Shown here: positions 12,601 through 24,940 of the stretch, piece after piece
Position numbering within the stretch: the stretch's first letter is position 1
Layout of the letters: each line of letters begins with the position of its first letter
Assembly: GCA_037447605.1 (NCBI GenBank)
Contig: CM074813.1
Location: 1,302,001-1,366,000 of the forward strand
Direction of reading: 5' to 3'
Length of the DNA stretch: 64,000 nucleotides
Source of the DNA: Zygnema circumcarinatum SAG 698-1b
Lineage: Eukaryota; Plantae; Zygnematophyceae
The notes under the pieces: generated by a model
What the model was told of the DNA's origin: nothing
Databases searched by the model: none
The model's input: only the letters and a program-made list of their open reading frames with translations
Made by a program: the position numbers and the translations under genes

Positions 12601-15338
12601 CGAGTACTGAGCCTCGAAGTTGTCCACCAGCTTCACCCACGGCAGAAGTTCATTCCCTTTTCGGCCCTCTAGGCCGCCCTCAAGACTCTCCAAGTCGCAG
12701 TAGTACAGCCGGTTTACAGGATCGCAGCCTTCAGAGATGGACAGGAGAAGATACTGCAACAGAACAGATTGGACGTGTTCAGACACTGGCTGAGTGAAGG
12801 TTGGAGAGAGTTTCCATAATCAAAAGAGTTGAATTTATGATGTGGTCAAGGTGCAAAACAGGCCTGCCTCTCCTTACCCGTCCATCCTCGCTGACCTCAG
12901 CACCGGCCATCCATTTGGGATTCACATTATCCTCCCAGCAGAGCAGGTCCTGTGCCTGGTCAGTTCCCAGCACGTGATACCACAAAGCTTGGTGCAAATT
13001 GATGTCTGTTTCCGTTCCTGCATCACCCTCCTCGCCTATGGTAGGCTCTGCAGAAACCCTTCAGACATCCCCAGTACCGGAATCCAATGAGAAATAGATA
13101 ACAGAATGAAATTTGATAAGCAGCCATAGCAAATTTTCAGACAGACAACTAGAGCCCTCCATCATATTAGACCACGCAACTCCGCTCTTTCGTATGCTTT
13201 ATGTTGTACAAGGACAGGGAAGAACTTCACAAGCCTCTGCTCCTGAAAGAGCCAAAAGGCAATAATAATGCCCGCATCAAGTGACTCCCGCTACCTTCCC
13301 CCGCAGAAGCGAACAAAGGCCATTGAGCCCCACCGAAGCTATCGCCACAACTGACCGGGATAACGGCTGTAGAAGAAGCCGCGTCCGTTGTGTGTCCATG
13401 CGAGAGAGCTGTGCTTGACCCACCGCAGCTCGTCCTTTAGCGGAGCCGCGTTCGAGGTGACAGGCAGAACGTGCACTGTCTGCCAGTCACTGCCACTCCG
13501 ACTGACACCATATGCAAGAAGGCGGCCATCCTCACTGAAGGAGTAAGTGGAGAGGGCAGCAGTGCCATCCTCGCTAAGTGAGTTTGGATCAAGAAGAATT
13601 TCCGGTTCAGCATCCAGGGATTTCTGCACACAAGTTGCTTCATCAGCCAAATAGAGACTGAGGGTGCTGGCAAGTGGAATTCGTGGTTCACTGGATATTA
13701 ATAATTTTATCTCTTTAGGAAAAAGGAGGAAAAAAAAGAAGAAGGCACAGAGAAAAAGAGTATTCTCGCTGATGTTTTGAATTATCCCTAGCTGCTAGTT
13801 GATTGAACAAGAAATGTTTGAAATATTTTTAACTTCTCCTCATTTATGTGAATGAAAGGTAGAAGGAGATATTATTTGAAATTATAGTTTTCATGGAAAT
13901 TATGACGTTGTTAGTTAGCGATTAATTGAAAAAGCTAATGGCAGGCTTCATCTTTTTGCTTTTAAAGTGATTGTGCAAGCCCTTCAAAGGGTTTATTTTG
14001 AAAAAAATCTGTTTTTCATGGATCATGTCAACCCTTACCAAGCAAGCATTCCCATTCAGATGACCAGACTACATCAAGACATGGATGCTCAGTAACCTCC
14101 GTGACTCTATAATTGAAAACAAATTGCTCATGGAGGCAACTGTGTGTTGCACGACTCACAGGGAGCTGAAAATTCTGAGTGTGCTCACGATTTCAGAACC
14201 TCAGCTATTGGACCACCATTTGGACCACAATTCTTTCTAAGGACTCTAAGGGTGACCCCGGAACCCTTTGCACTCAAGGCGCTGAATTGCATTTTGGCAC
14301 ACGTGTGTCGACGACCTTCCACTATTGCAAATAGCACTTGTGTGTTCAGTAGCAGTATCCTCGTTTTTTGTCATATATGATCATTCGCCTTAGAAATTCA
14401 TTTCATCACAATCTGACCATTGGCCAGCCTGCCAAACACTAGTTCCTCCGACTTCAATTGGCATGTGTTAAATGAAATGTTGCCTCCCCCTTTCGCAGTT
14501 TAATGGCACCGACATTATGAGTTCGATTCAAATCCCATTTCTCTTTGTTCTCTTTGTTTCTCTTTGGAAAAAACAAAAAAAAAACCACGTGAAGATGCCA
14601 GTGTTTTGCAATTGATTCCTTGCATTATGTATGCCCCGGTGTTTATATTTGAGCGGGGAAGGGGAAAGGAGTGGGGGAGGAGTTGAAAGGGGCGGAAAGG
14701 GGGAAATTTAACGTCCTTAGCTCTACGAAACAGCCTTTCTTACCCTTGAACTTCAAGTTGTGCATATACTTCAGGCTTCCCCTGAAGAAGCGCCTAATTT
14801 GGAATATCAAGTAGAACCAATACGTCTCAAATTTCAAACTAACGACCCAAAAAGTAAGTCAGTCAAACTTTGACAAAGACCCGCCGAAGAACCAGTTGGT
14901 CAAGGTTTGAGAAAGACCAGTGCATGAAAACGAGGATCACAGCCGTATACGAAGGCATACCTGCATGTAGAGCACGCTCTGCGGCTGCAGGCCGGAGTTG
15001 TAAAAGTAAAAAATGGTGTCGCCGTGCCTGGAGGGGCAGCCATAACGCGGGTAATTGTAGAGCTCTGTCATGCGCTCCCTGAACCGCTCCCTCGCATCGC
15101 AGCGCGCAAGAACGGTCTCAGTGAGGCGGTTCTGCGCCTCCACGAAGGCCTTCGTCTCCTCGCTGTCAGGGTCCTCCAGCCAGCGGTAGGGGTCCGCCAC
15201 AGCCACGCCGTGCAGCTCCTCCACCACGCCCTCGTCCCGCCGTGCAGTAGGATACGCCATGGATTCCCCGTCTCCTACCCCCATGGTTGTTATTTCTCTT
15301 CCTCCTGCTACTAATCCTCTTGCTGCTACTGCACCTCT

Positions 15339-15393
<55 letters not shown>

Positions 15394-15524
15394 GCTCCTG
15401 CTACTGTGGCTGCGAGTCGCACCCACGGGCGGTGGCGGGAGGGGCGCGGGAGGGAGCGCAGAGGCGGAGGGGAGTGCGAGAAGACCTTCACCAGCAGCGC
15501 GCCTGCGCATTGGAGGGCCGCCAT
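9651..15524 (-). CDS. POP: Prolyl oligopeptidase (S9A), ~11 exons, with N-terminal organellar-type presequence
   Basis: YPTARRD...[12 protein letters not shown]-terminus; catalytic triad GGSNGG (Ser), GDHDDRV (Asp), AGHG (His); ends ...GASWAE* at 9651. Confidence 0.96.
15340..15400 (-). repeat. Coding hexanucleotide repeat (GCAGGA)n encoding (Gly-Ala)n in the POP presequence
   Basis: (CCTGCT)n on the + strand; GAGAGAGA in the protein. Confidence 0.9.
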
Positions 15525-15728
15525 GGCGGGGCCTCTTCTCCCCCCCGCTGGTTTTGGCTTCCCATGAAGAACTTGTTCTGTTTGCAGTTGAACATAATGC
15601 TGAAAATGGAACCGACGCTATGCCGTGGTCCGTTCCGTCCGTGGAGGAAGGGAGGGCGGGAAGCTGTGACACTTGGAAAGGCTCCTAGGCGGGGCGGGAG
15701 GGGGTGTCTAGGAACGGCTGCTGCAGCC

Positions 15729-18700
15729 ATGGCGGTTGTATGCCAACCGCTCCAGCTCTCTCCTCTCTGCCAGGCCTCGTCCCGGCGCCAAGGTGGTCAC
15801 TCTCTCTGTTCTGCGAGCTTGTCATGGATTCCCGCACTCGCGAGACCTCGAGCCCTTCTGGTGAGCATTTATAGCTGTCCCTGGTGGCACGTCGTTTCTT
15901 GAAATGCAGAAGGCCAAATTTGAGAGCAAGAAAGGAGTTTTACATCATAAAACTGGATATTTTCTTCTTCATGTGATATTGCAGTAGTTTACTGAAAACA
16001 CTTCTTGCTTTTCGAGCTTTAAAGAACCCTTTGCAGCAAGCGATATATTTGATGACTTTGGTGTTGTACTGTGGAGAGTCCAGGCGGGAGGTAGCCGCTA
16101 CTCATGGCAGGTCCCTTTGACAGAAGGGGGACGACTTCTGCATTTTAGCAATGAAGAACTGCGTTCAGGTAGAAGGCAGCCCTTTGACACTGTTCCCCGT
16201 AGCGAGGAGCGAGGTCTTCTCATTCTTGAAGCATTTATGCGTGTACCTATTTTGTTAGGCAGCATACAAAGTACACATTTCCTAATTCATCATTGGGATA
16301 CCCCTCTTGAATCCGACTGCATGGCATGGACAGCAGTTTTTCATGCTACTTTAGATAGAGCTAAAAATTTCCCTTTCTATTTTTTTTGGATGGAAAAAAA
16401 TGTATGTCGTACGCTTAGAACACTCGTACAGAAGGTTCAGCTTATAGTCGAGCTGTTTGTCCAAGTGAGAGCTGCACCTGCATGGCATTAGAGAGTTGTT
16501 TTTTATAATTGACAGCGAGTTTTTACTGCTACTTTCTGATCTGTTGAGCATCTTCCTGGATCACAGTGCCAAGCCTCCTTCAACATCTGCCTGAAGCTTG
16601 CATGTGCATATTGATGCAATTTCCGGACAAGTACTGTCCTAGCAGGTCTGAAGCTTTCCGTCCTAGAAGCAGCCTCATCAGGAAAATTTATCCCTCGTTG
16701 GCATCAACGTCAGAGTTTTGCAGGCGAATTTATTTGGGGGAGGGGAATCACCAAAGGAGGACTGCCTCCATTCGTGTTGCCAGCGTCCCGGCTTGTTTGG
16801 AGGAATCCCCTTCAATTGTTGTCACAAGAGAGCAAGGAAAGAACGAAAAGTTGATCAATGCACTGGTCAGTGTCCATTCTGTTCTCACCCCTGATCTTGT
16901 TGTCAACTAGGTGGCTGAGAGGAAGTGCCGCTATTTCGGTGTGTAGATAGCTTGAGGGTTTGAAATCCCTCTAAGACGCATTTTCTGTCAGGTCCTGTCT
17001 CCAGAAAGAGCAAGGGCTGCACTGTTTGGAGCTCCCCCTCATTGAACACAGGGAAGGACCCGATCGTGAAGCCCTGCCACGGCTTCTGCAAGGTCAGAAC
17101 CTATGTTTGCGCAGCAGCACGTGAAATAACTGCACAGAGTCTGTCATAGGAACATCAACCAGTCAGTCACTGGAAGAAGGAGAAGGGAATGTTTGAGTGC
17201 AGTTTTTACGTGAGGGTGTAAAGGGGCGGAAGGAGAAAATGAATCCAAATATGACAAGATAACTTACTGGCACTTAGCTCATCGGGCATTGGGCTATGTG
17301 GAGGGTATTTTGTGAAGGCTTCTTCAGGTGCCTGATTATTGCTGAAATATTAGTCTGTGTGGTCATTTAGGATGGAGCAAAGTGATTTTGACTGTTGGCT
17401 GGCTTTGAGCTGCCACCATTATTGACCTCCATAGCTCCAGACAGAGACAGCATGGAACTCTCGTGCTGGTCTGAAGGGAGCCCCGCTGTTGGCTCGGGAA
17501 CAGAGGAAGACTTTGAGTGGATTGTGGTGACATCACCCGAAGCGGCAACCGTGTTTCTCAGTGGCTGGAGGTGTGGACGAGAAGCTCCGTGCTGCTTTTG
17601 TTTGGAAAGATTGAATTTGCCATTTGTCAACTGAACGTGCAGTGGACTATAGAGCTTTCTGATCTTTCTTGTGCTGCTGCTGTATACGTTAATGAGTCAA
17701 AAGCTATTTCGCCTATTATGTTTGCTGGTGTTCGGAGCTCAATAGATTCTCTCCACAATTTTGCAATCCAACTAAAGATTTCAATTCCGGTGAGTACGGC
17801 TATAATCGTAGTAGCCGCTGTGAGTGAAGCGCGAGTATTCACGTTGTTGAGTAGTTAACCAATTTGTGTGTTGTTGAGAGGTGCTCTGTTTCTGTATGTG
17901 TTTCTTTATCAAGATTTTGCATCTTCTGGAGGATGGTAGGGCAGGGAGGCAGGTAGTCCTCGCCTGCGATTGGCTGTAGTGGGTGCGGGCACGGGGCAAA
18001 TGTTTGAGGGCTGCGGGGACGGGCTGGACATCGCGTTCACTCCCTCTAAAGGTTGTTACTCAAGCATTCTGACTATCTTTCCATCGCTTTTTATATGTTT
18101 TTTCCCCTTTCATGTAGACTTCGTCAAAATCAGCAAATTGTAGAGTGGTTTTCAATTCAATTATGTTCATCCGATTAATCACATTCACCCACTTTTTGAA
18201 TCCATAAGTGGTAGAAAAGCCAAAACAGGGACCTTGTCCTCTTTGCAGAATGGCATGAGCGTGTGCATTGAAGCAGAGAACGGGATTGTTTTTTGACTGG
18301 TTTTTGCCGACTTCCAAAAGGGAGGGAGGATGAATTGAAGTTTCATGCTGAACGCCCATCACATTTCCGATTCACCACTTCCTCTAGAAAGGCCACATCC
18401 TTCAGCGACGCCGGAGACCTCCTCTGAAAGTTCTCATAAATTGTGCTGTGGGAGAGTGATGGGCTGACCTGCTGCTCGGGGAACAGCAACGGCCAAGGTA
18501 CTGGCTACAGAATTGCCGCGCATAGAAGGAGCGTCGGGGAAGGTTCTTTATCCGGCATCAGTGAAAGCGGGCGCCGATTTGGGTAAAATCTCAAGCGCAA
18601 GCTCTTAAGCTCTGAACTGGACCTCTGGACAGCGGCTACGGATACACAGCAGATACGCTCCTGGTTGCTGGGGGAAAATTTTAGCTAGGGAATTGCTGTC

Positions 18701-19668
18701 TGGCTCATCACGAATTTTTAGGATGGCATTTTCAAGTTCTGACGTTGTGGAAGGCATTCTGTGGGAGGTGAATGGATCAGAATATGGTCTTCGAGAGAGA
18801 GGATTTACTGTTATACGTCTCAATACCTACTCCACTGTAAGTGCTACCATAAAAAGCCCTGGACTGCCGGCTTATCCTGTTCGAAGGAAAAACCTTTATT
18901 CCACGTTAGAGCATTGTGAATCCTGAAGAAGGATGGCTGGTGGGACGAACTGAGAAATCTATGGCTGCGAATGGACTTACTGATGGTGCGTGGTTTCTTT
19001 GGGTTTCCCCCATGGCAGGAGACTGTGAAGACAGTGGAGCGCCATCTTATGGAGGCAGCTGCTGCAGCTCCGGTGGTCACATTTGCATCGCCCTCAGCTG
19101 TGAAGTGAGTGCTGTCTGCTTAGCAAGTACTCCATGCTCAGAAGTAACAAGCAAGCGAACGGAATAATTGAGTCATGTTGTTAGCCAACTAAGGCTGCTG
19201 TCGACATGAAGCATTGCGAATTTTGAGTTCTATGAATCAGCTAGGTTTTTGTACCGTACTTCGTCTTGGATACAGGGCATGGATGGAGCTCGTGGCAAAG
19301 AATAGCAGTTGGGATGGAGCAGCAGCCTGCATAGGCAGCACGTCAGCAGAAGCTGCACTCAAGGCGGGTCTAACGAAGGTGTTCTATCCTGACAGTCCGG
19401 GAATCGAGGGGTGAGTTTCCTTATTGCTGGACGTCCCTCTGTGCTTGATGAGGGGCTTCTTCGGTTTTGGGTGAGATCTTGTTCCGTTTTCATGACTGCT
19501 CTCACTCTCTGCAGCGCATGCGCACTGTAAGGAAGCATGAGATGTTCTCAGGGACGGTCCTCTTGTGCGCTGTGGTCCTTCTGAGGAATGTGCAGGTGGG
19601 TGAGCAGCGTGTTGGACGCTCTTCATGCGGCAGGACGTGTTGCGTCGTCAACTGAGGCTGTGCGATGA
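15729..19668 (+). CDS. UROS: Uroporphyrinogen-III synthase (HemD) with plastid transit peptide, ~9 exons; 5' boundary of exon 2 uncertain
   Basis: Exons encode [87 protein letters not shown]; stop at 19668. Confidence 0.93.
17726..17842 (-). pseudogene. cox1: Mitochondrial cox1 fragment (NUMT) in a UROS intron
   Basis: Translates [39 protein letters not shown], versus recalled COX1 [39 protein letters not shown]; no flanking cox1 sequence. Confidence 0.85.
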
Positions 19669-20349
19669 TTCGAAGTGGGAAGGGCTTCAATTCGAAAGCT
19701 GCCAGAAACAAGTGGACATGGTCTTGATGCTGCCAAGGGTCTGTGATTTGGCGATGATGACTTGCCGCTCCTTCTTTTTCGTGGAGTTCTGGGCAGGGCA
19801 CGGGCTGCAGGCAGGCGGACACCAAAGTTTCACCTTTGCGCAAAACTTTGCAGGACTCGAAATCAGCCATGAGAATCTTGCGAGGAATGCGCACCGTCTA
19901 CTTCTTTATATTGTTTTTGTTGCCTTTTTCTTTTTTCTGTTTTTTCTCGCCTTTTCGGCGATGTAATGAATACTGCGAAGGGTTTTTGCCCGTGTCGGAA
20001 ACTGGGTGTGTTGTTTTAGGGTCACGGGTTCCTGTATTTGAGAAACGCAGTCCATTTTTAAAGAACTGAGAGCCGTCCCTTGCGTCGGGGAATGTCGTTG
20101 TTTTTGTCCATGTACCTCTTTTGAGGTCAATGCCAATTCTCTTCTTTTTCAACTAAAAAATAATGAACAATTATGAATGAATCGATCCGCTTGCATGAGA
20201 ACACCTAACCACTTCGTAAAAGCAATTTTCCAGAAATATTGAACAGTGCCCTTCTGTTCCCTTCTGTCAAGTCCGAGGCCGGGCCGGGCCGGGCCGGGCG
20301 GCGGGGTCCCTTCAGTTTCGGCGTCGTGTGCGCCGTTTTGTTCCGGGTT

Positions 20350-22100
20350 CCGCGAGGCCACGTGGCGCCGACGTGGCTGGCCCGACAGCGACTCTCGAAA
20401 CTCGGCCCTTTCTGGAAGTCTTGAGAACACGTTGACTGAATGTGCACCTCCAATCGCGCGTCGCCACGTCAGCAATGAGATCCGTCGCGAATCTCCATGC
20501 GCGTTCCGCCGACGCGCGTGACGTGACGTGGGAGCGCAGAGCTCGCAGCAACTTGGCAGTCAACACGTGGCGAGCGCTGAATGGAAAACGCCGTTGTTGC
20601 GCAGACCGACATCCGACGTGGCGCGGTCTGATTAGTGCACCCGCGTCGCGAAATCTCGGTCGTCGTGGCGCCTGTGGGAGGTCGCGCGTGCCGCACGTGC
20701 GGAGTCCATCCGTACACTTCTTCTGGCGGCTCCGGGGGGAGGGTGACCCGTACGGACCAGCCAGCCGCCCAGCGGCGAGATCCCGGTCCTTGCGCTCCCT
20801 CGAGTGTCGGGGCACGCGCCCCTCACGGCACGGGACACAGGAGGCTGCCAGAGCCGTGACTCGCGTGACGTGACTCCTGCAAGCAGGACAAATGCGGCCG
20901 TACGTTACGCCCGTCTAATCCATACCGTACGGCAAGCTGACGTGGCAGGGGCACGGAGGGGCACGGTTTGAATGAGCGCTTCCCGGCAAGTCGTGCCCCA
21001 GGCGCGCCCTTGGCAGGCATGCCCCCTCACGCCGTCCCTCCACCACTAGTTCCCTCCCTCCCTCCCCTGAGTCCCCTCCCGCCGTCAGGCGCCCGGCCGA
21101 CAAGATATATACAGTACACACATGCAAGTCTCGATATTTTTCTTACCATTCGCTCGCTCAGAGTAGAGCGGAGCGGCGCGGAGCAGATCGTTTCCCCGCG
21201 CGGCAATGGCCGCCGCCGCGTCGCGTCGGATATTTGGCTCCGCGTCACGTCACCCCTACCGTACGGCCGCGCCTAGCCTCGCGATTTCTGGACTCGCCAG
21301 CTGGCGCGTCCGCTCTCGCCCGCGCGGTCCACGACCCGCCCGCGTTCCGTGGCCGCCGTACGGCCCTGGGCGGATTCTGCCCTGCGCTGCCATTGGCCGC
21401 CCGCGCGCCGCGGCGGTCGCGAAGCTTCCGCTGATTCGCCGCTGGATGCCAGCTGGACCGACTTTGACCGTTCACCAATCCGTGCGCGTTACGTGGAGAT
21501 AATCGCCACGTCATTACCATCTCATGGTTTCCGACACTGCGCGCCGCCACGTCATTGGCACGAGCTCAGCTGCGTGTCTGGGAAGGAACCGCGCGGTGCG
21601 GTACGGACCGATCCGCCCGCCCGTCGGGCCGCCAGCCGCGCAATTTCCCAGTGCCACGCGGCGCGCTCCGCCCGCCCGCCCGCCCGCCCGCCCGCGCCGC
21701 GTCCGCCGGGCCCGGCCCGGCCAGGCCAGGTCAGCAGCGCCGCAGCGACCGCGCTGAGCACGTGGACGGTTGCGATTCTCCGCCCGCCACATCGACCGCT
21801 CGCGGGCGCCGTGATGGGGCGGGGGAGGATCTGAGCGACCAGTGAGCGGCGGCCGCGGCACGGGCGCAACCTTGTCGCGTAGCGCGCCGCGGGCGCTGTC
21901 TTCGGGGAGCGCCCCGCGCCTGCCTTGACAGGGAATTGCCGCGTCACTGCGCCGGCTACGAGTCTGTGGCCAATCCTGGGCCGCCACGCGGCAACCATCC
22001 ACCGTTCTATGTCCAGTTCTGGCGCGTCCCGGCAGTTAAACGGCGCAGCGCACGTGCCGGGGCGGGTCCGGGCGGGCGCGCGCCGCCACACGCCGCAGAT
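20350..22100 (+). promoter_or_regulatory. GC/CpG-rich island with ABRE/G-box, DRE-core and CCGTAC clusters upstream of MGS
   Basis: About 15 ACGTG cores (ACGTGGC-type at ~20357, 20370, 20463, 20564, 20616, 20939, 21505, 21546); RCCGAC at ~20367, 20508, 20605, 21096, 21457; 7 CCGTAC/GTACGG sites. Confidence 0.7.
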
Positions 22101-22586
22101 CTCCGCCAAGCGCTCCGCACCATGCGATCGAAGCGCCACCGCGGAGGCCGTCGCCAGCCGTCCGCCGGAGCCATCGGACGGCTGCGACCGGCGGCGCCAA
22201 GGACTACGGGGGGCGGAGCCGTCGGACCCATCTGGACCGTCCGTCAGAGCATCTGGACGGCGGAGCGCGGTGCCAGTGAGGCAGGCAGCCCGCCCTCCCC
22301 TCCCGCGCCTTGAAAGCCGGGCGCGCCCCACCGCCGTCTCTGACCGCGAGCGAACGCCTTCTGCTTCCCGCCTTCCTTGCAAAGTGCCTGCCCGCCTGTC
22401 TGCCTGCCTGAAGCGCCCTCTGCTTCGAGGTCCTCGCTTCCTGCGACAGCCGGAGAGCCAGCCTGCCAGCCTCCTGTCGTCGCAGCAGCAAGCGGAGTCG
22501 GAGGACTGGTTAGAGTGCCAATAAAAGAGCTCCTGCAGCAGAGCCCAGCGGCTGCAAGGGATTCAAAAGGTCGCTGCACATATAGC

Positions 22587-24940
22587 ATGTCGCTGGTGTG
22601 CTTTCCATTCAAGGAAGAGGATGTCACAGTCGCCGTGCGCAACGTAGAAACTGCCGCCTCTCACCCCCGTGTCGCTGCCGTGCTCTGCGTGGGATTCTCG
22701 CGAGGGGAGACATGGCATGCCATTGAAAGCAACGTGCCTGCAATTGAGAAGCGCACTGGCAAGAAGGTCTTTCTAGTTTTGCAGAAACGCCTCGGCTTTA
22801 ACCTCCGTGGTGGCAAGGGCGATGGAATGAACACAGCCTTAACCTTTTTTTTGGAACACGCAGAGTATCCCCGCCTCCACTTCTATGATGCCGACATCGT
22901 ATCTTTCTCATGCGAATGGATCACCAAGGCGGAGAAGCAGGCTGACTTGGACTTCGATGTCGTCCGCCACTACTTCCCGCGCTCTAGCACTGATGCTATG
23001 ATCACCTGGTTTGTCACAAAAATCGGATTTGCGCTACTATGGCCGAACTCCGTTCTTCCGCACATCGAGCAGCCTCTGGGAGGGGAACTCCTTCTGTCCC
23101 GCAGGGCTGCGGAGATCCTCGCGTCCGATCAGAGAGTGCGCTCTCAGAGCGACTGGGGCATCGACACGCTGTACACGTTCGTGTCGGCGCAAGCGGGCCT
23201 CAGGGTGGCCGAGGTCTACATCCCTGAAGGAAAGGTCCACGCTCTCTATGGCGGCCTGCGCGACCTGCGCACGATGCTGGTCGAGTGCTTCTCAGCCATG
23301 CAGGTTGGTGGCCGGGTTTCTTAATATTGGAGTTTATGGCGCGTCGAATGGTGTTGAGTGTTTTCGATGGTGCTGTGCGTTCCCGATTGAGGACTGACTA
23401 TTCTGGTGAACACGCTTAACATATCTTAGAGATGCTTGGTAATTGACTCGCTTTCATCACCTAGTAGTCCTTTCAACGACTGGAAGGAAGTAGTCACCTG
23501 TTGCTCGTTAGTTGCTGCAGGATGCTTGAAAGTAGCTGAAATGGAAAGATTTTTCTGAATATGCAGACGTTGCGGAACGAGAAGATTGATGAGGCCGCCT
23601 TGCACCATGGAATTCATCGTATGGAAGCTTCCAAGTCTGTTCCGGAACTTGTGAAGCAGAAGATTGGCTACGATGTGGAGAAGACGCTGAAGCTTCTGCG
23701 TGACAACTGGACCCCTCGTCAGCGCGAGCTTTTGCAGCAGCACTTCGACCCTGCTCTTGCAAAGGTGGGTCGTCTTAACTGTATAGTGCTAAATGGATGC
23801 TGCATAATTTTGTATTTCGTTCATCGTTATCTTCGAAGCGCAAGTTTCTTGTTGGCTGCTGTTGGCTTGATTTGCTACCGTTCGTGGTTCAGGTTCATGG
23901 ACAGAGCACTGCTCTACAATTGTTTTGGCCCTTAATCGTTCAGATTACGATTTGAATTCTTCGGAGTCTATGAAGGTTGCCGCTTGTACAGTGCCTTTTT
24001 TGGTTATACATGGGGAGAGTATCTGACGTATCCGAATTTGCTGCAGGGCCTTCTTCTTGCGTCCGAGTGGCCATGCTGGTCATTCTGTGATGAAGAAGCC
24101 TGGGTCAATGCCTACGTCAAGTTTCTGGATAACTTTGAGAAAGGTGATGACGATTGGGAAGAGCTCCTCTTCAAGGTGTGGGTCTCGAGAGTGCTGAACC
24201 ACACACTACGGTGAGTAAATGTTCTTCCTCCTGTCATGGAGATGCAGACATTGGAGTCGTAGCGATTGAACTGTTCCTCAGTGGTTAACCGTTCCTTGAT
24301 GTTTTTTTTTTTATTAAAGTGATTTTCTCTGGATGCTAAGTTTTGCTTGTGCGATAATTTTTGCAGTCATGTGATGCGCGGGTACGACATAGCACTGGGG
24401 ACTCTGAGGGACCTTGTACGCGACACCCAGCACGCCTCAGCCATGCAGGTGTGTAAGATCGTCTGTTTGCACTGCTCGAGTAAACTTGTATTTAGGTACT
24501 TGCTTATCCCTGTAAATGTATCCTGAAACTAGAGACCTTCTGGTATACTTTTTTTGTGAGTCTGTATTTTCTGATGTGATTCGTGTGCCCGGCAGGCGGT
24601 TGTATGGACGGTGCCAGCTAGAGGAACCTGCTGCTAATCTGTCTGTCCCTGATTTTGACTAGGTGACAGGAGATTGTTCCATTAACTGCTTTTTTTTTGG
24701 CGGTGAATGCCCATGGATGCGGCGTCCAGGCCTGGGGTTGCGTTAGAACGTAGCTGACTTAGATGGAAAATTGGGTGGTTTGTGGAACAGCTGAAAGCAG
24801 CGGCTGCTGTTGCCTCACAGCCTCTATCGGCAGGACATTCTGCTGTGGAAGGAAAGGCGCATGGGCCACAGTCAAGGAAGAAAGGGAAGTGGAGTTTGAC
24901 CGCAGGTGTGGCCGGCGTGAACATCGTCGTTCAGCCGTGA
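22587..24940 (+). CDS. mgs: Mannosylglycerate synthase (GT78); exons 22587-23303, 23567-23764, 24048-24209, 24367-24448, probable last exon 24791-24940
   Basis: Near-collinear with recalled Rhodothermus marinus MGS: MSLVCFPFK, GKGDGMNTAL, HFYDADI, VRHYFPRSSTDAMITW, IEQPLGGELL, SDWGIDTLYTF, ALYGGLRDLRTMLVECF. Confidence 0.93.

Noticed and set aside
14495-14537. GAGTTCGATTC B-box-like motif in POP intron 1
   Set aside because: No cloverleaf; spacing too short for a tRNA
20200-22530. Many overlapping R/P/A-rich ORFs up to 276 aa
   Set aside because: By-product of very high GC (few stop codons) in all frames; no domain signal; better explained as a promoter island
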